64,000 nucleotides of DNA from the NCBI GenBank assembly GCA_037447435.1, contig JBBIGR010000016.1, positions 1 through 64,000 on the forward strand, given 5' to 3'. Source of the DNA: Fibrobacteria bacterium (lineage in GTDB: Bacteria; Fibrobacterota; Chitinivibrionia; Chitinivibrionales; FEN-1185). Under the pieces are notes generated by a model. It searched no databases, had not been told where the DNA came from, and saw nothing but the letters and a program-made list of their open reading frames with translations. A program made the translations under genes and the position numbers. The number at the start of each line of letters is the position of its first letter. The first letter of the stretch is position 1. This document shows, piece by piece, positions 16,646-27,308 of the stretch.

Positions 16646-18091
16646 TTATCTTTTTTTCTTCCCTGCTTGCGACACCTTGGAATTCACCGTGGAATCGAGC
16701 GTGTAAAAAGCGGCTTGGGGAATATAGCGGCATAAAAATGCCTGCCGGTCCAGATAGGTCTGGGAGGCTTTCTGGTAATCTTTCTTTTCGAGAAGCGTGT
16801 AAATTTCCGTCATTTCCTTATTTGCCCGGTCTTCGTTTTCCTTTTTGATTTGTTCGCTGCGCGATTTATTTCCTTCGGCCAACAGGCGCATGTTCCGTTG
16901 CCGGACTTCTTCCGCCTGGGTCAAATGACCCGTATTACCGCTGTCGGCCTTGGCCAAGGCCTTTTTCTTTGCCGCAAAAACAAGATCGGACATAAGCGTG
17001 CTCGAATCCTGCAACGAAACCGGAGAAATGGAGGCAAGTTGCTTTACGACGTTCGTATCGATGTATTTCCGCGCAGCCATTGCCCGGCTTAAAATCGCCA
17101 AGTCGATAGTCCCTATTTTCTCACGGGCAATGTCCCGCTTTTTGACCGCGGTGTCTAAAAATGCGTTTGCCGCGATGACGCCGTCTTGGGCAAGTATCGA
17201 TAAATTTACTTTTACCAATGAATCTTCTTTAAACGCCAATTCGTCGCCGAGTTTTTTATGCCTGAAAAAATATTTGTCCCATTCTTTTGCCATGATTTTT
17301 TTCTTAAGCCCATCTACGCGGTCCTTTATCGCGGCCAAACCGTTTCGCGCGTCTTCAAGCCGCCACTGCGCAATATCGGCTTCGACTTTCTTCGAACACG
17401 ATACGATGAAATCGCGCTCGTTATCGACGGTTATTTTCGACGATACCTTGGCTTCGAGCATGCTCATTTGACTAAGCGGAATATTAAGCGCGTCGGCGTT
17501 TTCCTTCAAATAAGCGAGTTCAAACTGGGCTTCGTCGAATTTTTTATCGTCTAAGGCCCTTTCCATAAAAGCGACGGCTTCGCGGCTAATGCCCCGTTTA
17601 CGGGAATCGAGCGATTGCGCCATATCGGACACAACGGGCGCGTTTAACGCGCGGATCTGGGAAAAAATGTTGTCCAAAACCGCAAAATCGGGCCTCTTTT
17701 TCGCAAGTTCCGCATTGAAGGAATTGACAAGAGTGTTTACCTCTTTCTGCATTTTGCTTTGTTTTTCGAGAAGCAAACCGTTTTCCTCAAGGTAAATCTG
17801 GCTTTCGAGTTCCCCGATTTTCCACAGAATGTACTTGGCGTTGGGATTGTCTTTGGCGATATTCTTAAAACGAAGCACGGTTTGCTTCGCCTGCGCGATC
17901 GCCTGTTCCATTTTCGGGCCCATGCCCGCGACGTCGGTCGCCGAGGCGATGGTGAAAAACGCCCGTTGTATCGTTGTGTCGATATAGGTTTTGTTGATGT
18001 ATTGCGACGAAGGTTCGGTGTTCGATGAGGCGAGGGAAAGTGAGAATAATCCCACGAAAATGCCTATCCCGATGCGATGCGTATTGCTCAT
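16646..18091 (-). CDS. exported helical hypothetical protein
   Basis: Long ORF with signal peptide, adjacent to and co-oriented with dusB. Confidence 0.8.
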   Translation of the reverse strand: MSNTHRIGIGIFVGLFSLSLASSNTEPSSQYINKTYIDTTIQRAFFTIASATDVAGMGPKMEQAIAQAKQTVLRFKNIAKDNPNAKYILWKIGELESQIYLEENGLLLEKQSKMQKEVNTLVNSFNAELAKKRPDFAVLDNIFSQIRALNAPVVSDMAQSLDSRKRGISREAVAFMERALDDKKFDEAQFELAYLKENADALNIPLSQMSMLEAKVSSKITVDNERDFIVSCSKKVEADIAQWRLEDARNGLAAIKDRVDGLKKKIMAKEWDKYFFRHKKLGDELAFKEDSLVKVNLSILAQDGVIAANAFLDTAVKKRDIAREKIGTIDLAILSRAMAARKYIDTNVVKQLASISPVSLQDSSTLMSDLVFAAKKKALAKADSGNTGHLTQAEEVRQRNMRLLAEGNKSRSEQIKKENEDRANKEMTEIYTLLEKKDYQKASQTYLDRQAFLCRYIPQAAFYTLDSTVNSKVSQAGKKKR

Positions 18092-18317
18092 AATCAATAG
18101 AAATTAATAAGTGCATGAACAAAGGCGAACGAAATATGGAGAGTTTTTAAAAACAAAAAAAGCAAAACAAATTTTTAATAGTTGTTTTTTATGCGCCCAA
18201 AAAAACATATTTACTATTTCGTGTAGCGGCTCAAACCGATAGTATAATACATAAAACATCAAATCATTGTCGGCCGTATACCTTTTTTACTCACCCCTTA
18301 TTTCTTCAGGAAATTTG

Positions 18318-19250
18318 ATGCGTTTGATTTATACTTTTTTGTTAAGCGGTTTTATTGCGGCCCAAACCTTTGCCGTCACCACGTCCAGTGATTTTGTCCC
18401 CGAAGGATTCATTTCGGATACGGCTGCCGCAAGTGCCGATTCGCAGGAAGACGATTTTCAAAAAGGCCTTAATTCGCTTTTTGAAAACGAATACTCGGAA
18501 ATCGATACTTCGATGTGGAACAACACGAGAATCAATGCCGGACATTTTAATTCGGAAACCTGGACCGATACCGCCCGTTTGGTTTTAAACGATACGAACC
18601 AAAAACGGAAATACGTTCATCCGTTCAGCAATTGCATCACGTCGGATTTTGGTCAGCGTAAAAGACTGTGGCATTACGGCATCGATATCCGTTTGGCAAA
18701 AGGCGATTCGGTGCGAGCGGCGTTCGACGGCATCGTTCGCGTTTTGCAATTCGATAAACACGGATACGGCAAAGTCATCGTTATCCGGCATTTGAACGGA
18801 TTGGAAACGCTGTACGGCCATTTGTCCCGCGAACTCGTCTCGGTGAATCAAAAGGTTTGCGCCGGACAGGTCATCGGGTTGGGCGGAAGCACGGGGCATT
18901 CGACGGGCAGCCATTTACATTTTGAAACGCGCTTTTTCGGCGAACCGTTTAATCCGCACGACGTCATCGACTTCGACACCTACAAACTGAAACACGACAC
19001 CCTGGTTCTGACAAAAGATAATTTCTCGTACCTGGTGGAACAACGCAAAGCCAAATGGCATATCGTGCGCAAGGGAGAAACCCTGGGGCATATCGCCAGA
19101 CTCTACAATACGTCGATTCAAAAACTGTGTGCGCTCAACGGACTTACCCGCAAGGCAATCATGAGCGTGGGCAGAAAAATCCTCGTGAAGGCAGCGCCGC
19201 CTGCCAATGTCAAACTAACGTTATCCGGCGGCGCGCTGGAAAAAAGCTGA
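18318..19250 (+). CDS. M23 family metallopeptidase with C-terminal LysM
   Basis: HYGID, LYGHL, STGSHLHFE and H.VRKGETL..IA LysM motif. Confidence 0.92.
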   Translation: MRLIYTFLLSGFIAAQTFAVTTSSDFVPEGFISDTAAASADSQEDDFQKGLNSLFENEYSEIDTSMWNNTRINAGHFNSETWTDTARLVLNDTNQKRKYVHPFSNCITSDFGQRKRLWHYGIDIRLAKGDSVRAAFDGIVRVLQFDKHGYGKVIVIRHLNGLETLYGHLSRELVSVNQKVCAGQVIGLGGSTGHSTGSHLHFETRFFGEPFNPHDVIDFDTYKLKHDTLVLTKDNFSYLVEQRKAKWHIVRKGETLGHIARLYNTSIQKLCALNGLTRKAIMSVGRKILVKAAPPANVKLTLSGGALEKS

Positions 19251-19254
19251 TTCC

Positions 19255-20571
19255 TTATTTCATTCTCTTGTCTATAGGCACGAACTGCCGGCGGTTGGGT
19301 CCGATGTAAATTTGTCGGGGCCGCCAGATTTTCCCTTTTTCGTTTTCCATGGTTTCTTTCCAATGCGCCATCCAGCCCGGCAAGCGCCCGATGGCGAACA
19401 TCACCGTGAGCATATTGGTCGGGATGCGCATGGCCCGGTAAATGATACCGGAATAAAAATCCACGTTCGGGTATAATTTGCGTTCCATGAAATAATCATC
19501 TGCCAAGGCCGCGCGTTCGAGTTCCATTGCCAAATCGAGCAGCGGATCGTTGACATTGAGTTTCGGCAGCAAATCGTCGCAGATCTTTTTCACGAGTTTT
19601 GCCCGCGGGTCGTAATTTTTGTATACCGCATGGCCGAAACCCATGAGCCTGAACTTGTCTTTTTTGTTTTTGGCTTTTTCCAGATACTTTTTAATGTTTT
19701 TTCTGTCTTTGCGGATCATCTCCAGCATTTCGATGACGGCCTGATTCGCGCCGCCGTGATACGGACCCCACAGCGCGGAAATTCCCGACGATATTGCGGC
19801 GTACAAATTGACGCCCGTGCTTGCGACAAGCTTTACCGCAGACGTCGAACAATTCTGTTCGTGGTCGGCATGGAGTATCAAAAGCTGGTTTAGGGCCTTG
19901 ACAATATCGGGATTGATTTCATATTCCGTCACCGGCGAGGAAAACATCATGTTTAAAAAATTCGCGCAATACGAAAGATCGTGGCTCGGATACACCACGG
20001 GTTCGCCGCGGGATTTCTTATAGGAAAACGCCGCAATCGTGCGGACCTTGGACAACAGCCTTGCTTCGGTGATGTCGAAGCTCGGATCATCGTACGACAA
20101 GTACGGATAAAAACTCGATAACGAGGTCACCATTGCCGACAAAATCGCCATGGGATGGGAGTTCGGCGGAAATCCGGTGAAAAAGTGATGCATGTCTTCG
20201 TGGATCATCGAATGCTGATTCAAATAGCCTGAAAACTTTTTAAGCTCGATTGCCGTGGGCAGTTTTCCCTGGACGAGCAAATACGCGACCTCGACAAAGG
20301 TGCAATTCTCGGTGAGGTCTTCGATGTCGTATCCGCGATATCGCAACCGGCCGTTTTCTCCGTCGACAAAGGTGATTGCCGACAGCGTCGACGACGTGTT
20401 GGCGAATCCGTTATCATAGGTAAAACATCCGCCCTGGGATTTGAGCGTGGATATGTCTACGCCGGTTTGGCCTTCGGTGCCTTCGATAAGCGGCAATTCG
20501 ATTTTTTTCCCCTCGACCGTGAGTATCGCTTTTTTTGAGGAGGAGCCTACGTTTTTTACCGGTTTCTTCAT
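19255..20571 (-). CDS. gltA: citrate synthase
   Basis: LHADHEQNCST, HGGAN, LMGFGH.VYKNYDPR, YPNVDFYSG. Confidence 0.97.
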   Translation of the reverse strand: MKKPVKNVGSSSKKAILTVEGKKIELPLIEGTEGQTGVDISTLKSQGGCFTYDNGFANTSSTLSAITFVDGENGRLRYRGYDIEDLTENCTFVEVAYLLVQGKLPTAIELKKFSGYLNQHSMIHEDMHHFFTGFPPNSHPMAILSAMVTSLSSFYPYLSYDDPSFDITEARLLSKVRTIAAFSYKKSRGEPVVYPSHDLSYCANFLNMMFSSPVTEYEINPDIVKALNQLLILHADHEQNCSTSAVKLVASTGVNLYAAISSGISALWGPYHGGANQAVIEMLEMIRKDRKNIKKYLEKAKNKKDKFRLMGFGHAVYKNYDPRAKLVKKICDDLLPKLNVNDPLLDLAMELERAALADDYFMERKLYPNVDFYSGIIYRAMRIPTNMLTVMFAIGRLPGWMAHWKETMENEKGKIWRPRQIYIGPNRRQFVPIDKRMK

Positions 20572-20834
20572 AAATGTATACCTTTTAATTGAATTCGATT
20601 TCTTTTACGTGTGGAGCCTGGTAAAAATAAATCAATCCAGCATATCGGAGTAGCATTGGGTACAATCTTTTTCTCAAATCCCAAAGCCTGCAATTAAAAC
20701 CGGACAATTCGACCGGTAAATCTGCGGTAATGAGCCTATTATATATTAGTAACTGCATAAAAAGCGGTTGCGCGAAAAGCGCAGATACGATAACGGATGA
20801 GATCTTTTAATACTTATTATAAAGGATTTACGGG

Positions 20835-21599
20835 ATGGACGCCTCGTCGGAGCAGCAGAGCGCAAAAACAGGGAAAAAAGTCGCATTGGTTACCGGCGGC
20901 AGCAGGGGAATCGGAAAAGCGATTACCGAGCGGCTTGCTAAAGACGGTTTTCACGTGATAATCAATTTCAGATCGAACGAGGCCGAAGCCCGGGCTACTT
21001 TACAAGCCGTAACCGATAACGACGGCAGCGCCGAACTCGCGCAGTTCGACGTCGCAGACCGCGATGCCGTATCCAAAGCCATGGCCCCGCTTTGCGAGAA
21101 ATACGCCGATTCCCTGCATACGCTGGTCCTTTGCGCCGGTATCCGTCACGACGAACTTCTCATTTTCATGTCGCCGGAAAACTGGGACACGGTCCTTACG
21201 ACCGATTTGCTGAGTTTCCACTCTGTTGTCAAGCCGTTCGTTCGGCAGCTTTTGCTGAACAGGGCGGGAAGGGTCATCGTCATTTCTTCGACGTCCGGCG
21301 AAAGCGGTTTGCCGGGACAGGTCAATTATTCGGCTGCGAAAGCCGGGCTCATCGGCGCGACCAAGGCGCTTGCCGCGGAATGCGCAAAACGCAATGTCCT
21401 GGTCAATGCGGTTACCCCGGGATTTATCAATACGGAAATGCTCGACGCGGCAAAAACCAAGGAAATGGCGGCGCGCGTCCCGCTGTGCAGAGTGGGCGAA
21501 CCGCATGAAGTGGCGTCGGTCGTCTCGTTCCTTGCTTCCAATGAATCCAGTTACATTACCGGCCAGGTGATTCGCGTCAATGGCGGAATTTACATGTAG
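20835..21599 (+). CDS. fabG: 3-oxoacyl-ACP reductase
   Basis: TGGSRGIG, NYSAAKAG, PGFI.TEM, YITGQVI.VNGG. Confidence 0.88.
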   Translation: MDASSEQQSAKTGKKVALVTGGSRGIGKAITERLAKDGFHVIINFRSNEAEARATLQAVTDNDGSAELAQFDVADRDAVSKAMAPLCEKYADSLHTLVLCAGIRHDELLIFMSPENWDTVLTTDLLSFHSVVKPFVRQLLLNRAGRVIVISSTSGESGLPGQVNYSAAKAGLIGATKALAAECAKRNVLVNAVTPGFINTEMLDAAKTKEMAARVPLCRVGEPHEVASVVSFLASNESSYITGQVIRVNGGIYM

Positions 21600-21614
21600 A
21601 TAGCGGCGAAAATC

Positions 21615-23825
21615 ATGACTGTGGGAAAACCGGCCCGTTTTAAACATTTTTCTTATTTGCCAAAAGTCCTTTTCGGCCTTCTGTGCGGTATTGCCGCGTC
21701 GAACGCCTTGCCGCCGTTGCCCGATACGGTCGGCGTCGGCGCAATCGCGGCAAACGATTATAAAACCGCATTGCGGGTAATCGCTGCCGACACGCTCACC
21801 AAAGATACGGTGTTCAAAGAATTCAAGCGGGGAATTTTGCATTTAAGACTCAAGGAAAATCCCGAGGCGCTGGAGCATTTGCGCAAATGCGACGTTCCCG
21901 GATCGCCGTTGCGCGGCAATGCGCTCGAATGCATCGGCGACATCGAAGTATCGGCAAACAGGATCCCCAACGGAATAAACGCCTATCTGGCCGCCCTGCG
22001 CGATTCGCTTGCCCCCGACGGCATGTCGAAAGACATTGAAGACAAATTATTCGAAATCCTCAAAGTAAATCCTTTGCTTGTTGCCTCGTACCCCGAACTC
22101 GCGGGCATTGCCGCTGCCAAAAAAGCCGTGACCATTCCCTCCGCAATGGACAGCATCGCCTGGCGTATCGATACCGTGTTGTCCAAATCGAATTTTGTTC
22201 TCGCCGATTCCCTGCTTTCCAAGTACTGGGATTCTTTGGCCGAAACTGCCAAAACCGGCTTTGCCGAAAAAGTTGCGAAACAAAAACGATGCGATACCTG
22301 CCTTTCGACCGCCCGTCTTTTCGCTTTGGTAAAAGCAGCGGGTCTGGGCAGAAAATACCAGGTCGCCGAAACGCTCATGTGCAGAGTCGAAATACGGAAA
22401 GATTTCGACACGCTAATAGACAAAAAGCAATTTATCCTCATGAAGGGCATGGCAGCCTACGGGTTGTCGCATTATGCCGATGCGGTACGGCGATTGTCGG
22501 TTTACGGAAAAATGCCGGACCCGATTCCCGACGCGATCATGGCGCTGGCGCGCTCGAACAGGATACTGGGCAACGATTCGCTGGCGTCGTACTGGTATCT
22601 GCGGTTTGCGGAATTGTTTCCCAAGAATGCCAATGCGCAAGACGTCTTGTGGTATTTGGCGTGGGAGCAGGAGGAAAAGGGAAACTATAAAAAAGCGATA
22701 ACGTATTACCGGAAGGTAATTGCTTTAAAGAAAAACAACGGCCGCTCCGACGAAGCGTCGTTTCGGGTCGGATTGTGTTTATATAAAAACAAGCAATACG
22801 GGGAGGCCGCTTCGGCGCTGGACGCCATAGCAAAGGCATCCGACGAATCGCCGTTTACTTGTGCGGCACTGTATTGGAAAGGCAAATCCCAGTATGCCCA
22901 GGGTAAACCCGACGACGGTTTGGAAACGTTCCGCAAAACGGTGCGTATTTTTCCAACGGATTTTTACGCGTATCGCGCGTCGGAGATGCTTTTTCTGGCA
23001 GGGGACAGTACTTCGCTTCCCAAGCTCGACACGAACCGCTCGATGATACGGGCCAGATCGTGGCTGGATTCCGTTGGCCCGCGCGATACGAAACCGCTTA
23101 CGGCGTCCGACAGTATTCTGCTCGAGCGGGGAATGCGGTCCGCAGTATGCGGTATTATGGACCGGGCCGCGCAATTTCTTGACGGGCTGGAAATGAAATA
23201 TCCCGAAAACCTGGCATTGCTTTTCGAATTGGCCCAGGTGTATACGTTGGCGAACGACCCGGCACTCTCGTACAAAGTGAGCCGCCGGTTCGCCTGGCGC
23301 GTTCCTCCTGCGGCGCGAGCCGCTATGCCCAAGGCCCTGCTCGATTTGATGTACCCGCTACCGTATTTCGATATCGTGAAACATGAAGCGGAAAAAAACA
23401 ACATGGACCCGTTTCTGGTCCTTTCGGTCATGAGGCAGGAAAGCATTTTCGACCCGCTTATCGTGTCGAGGGTCGGCGCGATCGGGCTCATGCAGCTCAT
23501 GCCGTACACGTCGCAGGCCGTGTGCAAGGATTTACACGAAGCGTATCAGCCGGATTCGTTGTATAAACCATCCGTCAACATCCATCAGGGCGCCTATTAT
23601 GTCAAGAAATTGCTCGACCAGTTCGGCGGCAATATGATTTTGGCGATAGCGGGCTACAACGGCGGGCCGCCGAAAGCAAAAGAATGGTTTGTTAAAAACA
23701 AGCATAAATCCTACGATATGTTCGTCGAAGACATTGGCTTTACCGAAACAAGGAATTATGTTAAAAAGGTGCTTGCCAATTATTGGACATACCGGCGTTT
23801 TGCGGATAATGCTGTCGGAAAATAA
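21615..23825 (+). CDS. soluble lytic transglycosylase with TPR repeats (Slt70-like)
   Basis: RQES.F, GAIGLMQLMP, AGYNGG, ETRNYVKKV. Confidence 0.9.
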   Translation: MTVGKPARFKHFSYLPKVLFGLLCGIAASNALPPLPDTVGVGAIAANDYKTALRVIAADTLTKDTVFKEFKRGILHLRLKENPEALEHLRKCDVPGSPLRGNALECIGDIEVSANRIPNGINAYLAALRDSLAPDGMSKDIEDKLFEILKVNPLLVASYPELAGIAAAKKAVTIPSAMDSIAWRIDTVLSKSNFVLADSLLSKYWDSLAETAKTGFAEKVAKQKRCDTCLSTARLFALVKAAGLGRKYQVAETLMCRVEIRKDFDTLIDKKQFILMKGMAAYGLSHYADAVRRLSVYGKMPDPIPDAIMALARSNRILGNDSLASYWYLRFAELFPKNANAQDVLWYLAWEQEEKGNYKKAITYYRKVIALKKNNGRSDEASFRVGLCLYKNKQYGEAASALDAIAKASDESPFTCAALYWKGKSQYAQGKPDDGLETFRKTVRIFPTDFYAYRASEMLFLAGDSTSLPKLDTNRSMIRARSWLDSVGPRDTKPLTASDSILLERGMRSAVCGIMDRAAQFLDGLEMKYPENLALLFELAQVYTLANDPALSYKVSRRFAWRVPPAARAAMPKALLDLMYPLPYFDIVKHEAEKNNMDPFLVLSVMRQESIFDPLIVSRVGAIGLMQLMPYTSQAVCKDLHEAYQPDSLYKPSVNIHQGAYYVKKLLDQFGGNMILAIAGYNGGPPKAKEWFVKNKHKSYDMFVEDIGFTETRNYVKKVLANYWTYRRFADNAVGK

Positions 23826-23873
23826 ACCGAAAAATTATTTTACAAAGAACATTTTCTCTCATAAGGAGCAATC

Positions 23874-24842
23874 ATGAAAATAAAAAGGACTTTCCTTCTC
23901 ATCGCGACAACGGCACTTTCGCTTTTTGCAGCTCAAAAAAAAGAAACAAAAGTCGATTCGATGGTGTATGAAACAGGCGCGGAATGGCGAATTTATTCCA
24001 CCGACGCGGCGGTAAAATCATTCTCGTTGCAGCGCGATTTATTGTGGTTCGTATCCGAAAAAAGCGTTGGCTGGATGAATATGAACAGTACGAAAAAAGC
24101 GGACCAGCAAAATTTCGAAGATATCGGCGGCGTTCCTGCGGCCGATGCGTCCTGCTGCGCCATAGATGCTTCGGGCAATGCTTGGGTCGGGACAAAAGGC
24201 GGCATCGCCCTGCGCAGCAAGGATTCGTTCAAATTGTTTACAAAGAGCAACGGGCTTCCCGATGACGACATCCATGGGATCCTTGTCGCCAAATCCGGCG
24301 TCTGGGTCGCAACCGACAACGGCGTCGCCTTGTTCCAGGCAGGCGCGTGGAAATCCTTCGGCGTTGCCGACGGACTTGCCGGAGAAAAAGTGCATTGCAT
24401 GATCAACGGCGCAAACGGCACGATTTGGTTCGGTACAAATAAAGGTATTTCGGCTTTCGAGGCGGGCAAGTGGACGACGTACAATATGAAAACGGGGCTG
24501 AGCTGGAACGATACGAAAGCGTTATGCTACGATCCGCGGAACGGGAATATTTGGGCCGCGGTCGGCGAAAAAGACGTCAACATGTTCAACGGCAAGGAAT
24601 GGAAAACATTCATGGACGTCGCCGACGGCATCGTCGCGCTCATGGCCGATTCACAAAGCAGAATTTGGCTTTCCTGTGCGTCGGGCCTCATGAAATTCAA
24701 CGGCGACGAATGGGTTTCGGACCCCAATAAAATAGGAATCACCGCAGCGCAGGTGACGTCGATGTACCGGGACGACAAGAACAATTTGTGGTTCGGCATG
24801 GAAAAAGGCGTTTTGAAACTCAATAACCCGTATCCCTATTGA
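23874..24842 (+). CDS. exported beta-propeller protein (two-component regulator propeller repeats)
   Basis: Repeated D..G..W.GT..G blades; signal peptide. Confidence 0.85.
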   Translation: MKIKRTFLLIATTALSLFAAQKKETKVDSMVYETGAEWRIYSTDAAVKSFSLQRDLLWFVSEKSVGWMNMNSTKKADQQNFEDIGGVPAADASCCAIDASGNAWVGTKGGIALRSKDSFKLFTKSNGLPDDDIHGILVAKSGVWVATDNGVALFQAGAWKSFGVADGLAGEKVHCMINGANGTIWFGTNKGISAFEAGKWTTYNMKTGLSWNDTKALCYDPRNGNIWAAVGEKDVNMFNGKEWKTFMDVADGIVALMADSQSRIWLSCASGLMKFNGDEWVSDPNKIGITAAQVTSMYRDDKNNLWFGMEKGVLKLNNPYPY

Positions 24843-24967
24843 TCCGTTGCAGGGATATTTTATCGGGCCGCGGTTTTGGGCTCCTTTGAACGGGAGCAAA
24901 TAGGATATATATTTATTTTGGCTTTCGTGTTTTACAACGGGCATTTCAGAGGGAAGGTCGAAAGGTA

Positions 24968-26071
24968 ATGGACAAAATAAGAATCGGCATCGTCGGCGTG
25001 GGCAATTGCGCCAGCTCGCTTCTGCAGGGCATAGAATATTACAGGAAAAAAACGGAAGCCGACGCAATCGGGCTCATGCATTGGAAAATCGACGGCTACG
25101 CGCCCTCCGACATCAAAGTCGTTTCCGCCTTCGATATAGACAAAAGAAAAGTCGGCCTCGACGTGAACGCCGCGATTTTCGCCCGCCCCAACTGCACGGT
25201 TGCCTTTTGCCCCAAAATGCCCAAAAGCGGCGTGACGGTGGGCATGGGAAAGGTGCTCGACGGCGTTTCGGAACATCTTGATCAATACGAAGACGATTAC
25301 ACGTTCCTCATAAGCAAGACGCGCCAGGCCACGAAAAAAAGCGTCGTCGAAACCCTGAAACGCACCAAGACCGAAATACTGGTCAACTACCTGCCGGTCG
25401 GCTCCGAGTTGGCCACGAAATTTTACGCGGAATGCGCCCTCGAGGCGAATGTTGCGTTTGTAAATAACATCCCGGTGTTCATCGCCTCCGATCCCGTGTG
25501 GGCGAAACGCTTTATGGACAAGAACCTCCCGCTCATCGGCGACGATATCAAGGCGCAGCTGGGCGCGACCATCACGCACCGTACCCTGACCGATCTTTTC
25601 CGCAAGCGCGGCGTGAAACTCGAGCGCACCTATCAACTCAATACCGGCGGAAACACCGATTTTCTCAACATGCTCAACCGGAAACGGCTTGCATCGAAGA
25701 AGGAATCGAAAACCGAGGCGGTACAGTCGGTCGCGGCAAAGCGTCTTGCGAAAAGGGATATCCACATCGGCCCCAGCGATTATGTTCCCTGGCAAGACGA
25801 CCAGAAAATCTGTTTCATACGCATGGAGGGCAAGCTTTTCGGCGATGTGCCGATGAATCTCGAACTCCGTCTTTCGGTCGAAGATTCTCCAAATTCGGCC
25901 GGCGTTGCAATAGATTCCATTCGATGCTGCAAGCTTGCGCTTAAACGCGGTATCGGCGGCGTGATATTGTCGCCGTCGTCTTATTTTTGCAAGCATCCGC
26001 TCAAACAATTCCCCGACGATATCGCCTTTCAAATGACCGAAGACTTTATTAACGGAAGCAGAGCCTCGTAG
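24968..26071 (+). CDS. ino1: myo-inositol-1-phosphate synthase
   Basis: GVGNCASSL.QG, NYLPVGS, GDDIK.Q.GATITHR, QLN.GGNTDFLNM, DSPNSAG. Confidence 0.95.
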   Translation: MDKIRIGIVGVGNCASSLLQGIEYYRKKTEADAIGLMHWKIDGYAPSDIKVVSAFDIDKRKVGLDVNAAIFARPNCTVAFCPKMPKSGVTVGMGKVLDGVSEHLDQYEDDYTFLISKTRQATKKSVVETLKRTKTEILVNYLPVGSELATKFYAECALEANVAFVNNIPVFIASDPVWAKRFMDKNLPLIGDDIKAQLGATITHRTLTDLFRKRGVKLERTYQLNTGGNTDFLNMLNRKRLASKKESKTEAVQSVAAKRLAKRDIHIGPSDYVPWQDDQKICFIRMEGKLFGDVPMNLELRLSVEDSPNSAGVAIDSIRCCKLALKRGIGGVILSPSSYFCKHPLKQFPDDIAFQMTEDFINGSRAS

Positions 26072-26096
26072 TCGTTTTTGAGGCCCGGTTTTATCA

Positions 26097-26129
26097 AAAA
26101 AGGAAATCGAATCGATTTCCTTTTTTTTT
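26097..26129 (+). terminator. intrinsic terminator
   Basis: AAAAAGGAAATCG-aat-CGATTTCC followed by a T-run. Confidence 0.65.
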
Positions 26130-26207
26130 ATTAAAAACAGTAAAAACAATGCCAATTCAGGCCCCTTTTCGCCGTAATCGATATGGAGCGTGAGAGAGGA
26201 GGCCTTT

Positions 26208-26996
26208 ATGCCTATGAATCGGAAGCGGTTAATTGCAGTTTTGGTAATTGTAGCGGCATCTATGCCGAATTTTGCGACAATGCAAGATTCAACCGGTCAT
26301 ATGAATCTTACGGTCATAAAAAAGAATATGATAGGCATAGGGGTCGGCATGGCAGACATGGCGAGTATCAATGACAAGATGTCGAGTCTTGGTATCGATC
26401 CGTTCCGCAACTACGGGCTTTCATTGGATCTTGAATCGCAAACCGATTTTAACAGACTCATGATGGGAGGTGAACTGCGGGGTTTAATTTTCATGGACAG
26501 AGTGTCGAACAACATGAGATCGTCGTTTTCATCAGGTTCTTTGTTACTAAAGTCGGGGTATAATGTTATCAACACGGACCACGTTCAACTATACCCGTAT
26601 TTAGGGCTTGGAGTAGGTCTTTTGGATTTGATGGTACGAGACAATGAAGTTCCGTTCGATTCCGCGTTAGTACGACGGCACCATTCCACAGTCAGCATGT
26701 ATCAAACCAAATTTCTCGTTGACTTGGGTGTCGCTTTCGATTTGCTTGGAGGAAAAAATCCAAAACATCTTGGTGTGCTCGGTATCAGAGCAGGTTACAG
26801 TTTCGATCCGTACACGTCCGACCGATGGCATCACGATGGGGAAATTTTGACAAACAGTCCTACTCCTGCCTTAAACGGGGCATATGTCATGCTCACGTTG
26901 GGAGGCGCTCATAAAATAAGCGGTATGTGGAACTCCGGGAATTGCGACGGTAAAATGTGCTGCCACGGCTCCATGCAAAAAGACGGTACGCAATAA
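26208..26996 (+). CDS. outer-membrane beta-barrel hypothetical protein
   Basis: Signal peptide, alternating beta strands (LYPYLGLGVG, GIRAGYSF); GGAGG RBS. Confidence 0.75.
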   Translation: MPMNRKRLIAVLVIVAASMPNFATMQDSTGHMNLTVIKKNMIGIGVGMADMASINDKMSSLGIDPFRNYGLSLDLESQTDFNRLMMGGELRGLIFMDRVSNNMRSSFSSGSLLLKSGYNVINTDHVQLYPYLGLGVGLLDLMVRDNEVPFDSALVRRHHSTVSMYQTKFLVDLGVAFDLLGGKNPKHLGVLGIRAGYSFDPYTSDRWHHDGEILTNSPTPALNGAYVMLTLGGAHKISGMWNSGNCDGKMCCHGSMQKDGTQ

Positions 26997-27017
26997 GAAT
27001 AATCAAGGCTATACGTT

Positions 27018-27057
27018 AAAAAAGGGATGAAAAAGAAAGGTTTTCATCCCTTTTTTT
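27018..27057. terminator. bidirectional intrinsic terminator
   Basis: AAAAAAGGGATGAAAA...TTTTCATCCCTTTTTTT. Confidence 0.8.
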
Positions 27058-27308
27058 ATTTGTCGTTATCGACAGACCTCAAGTCAACGGCGCTTTGTTC
27101 CGTATTCGGAATCGGCGGCGGCGTTCCGTAAGAGCAATTCCCACCCGCATAAATTGAGTTGAAATATAATAACCCGGATGATAATATTATATATTCAATA
27201 GCCAAGATATAATAGGATTGTTTGCAGCTATAGCGCATGAAACCGTCCCGTAGCCTTTTGCAAAATATTTACTTTCAATATAAGTACCTTAAAAAAGGAT
27301 TTATCGTC

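Noticed and set aside
24932..26155. 407-aa minus-strand ORF
   Set aside because: Antisense shadow of ino1
27088..27147. Functional 5S rRNA gene
   Set aside because: Only partial 5' resemblance with no helix I partner; kept as a low-interest finding only
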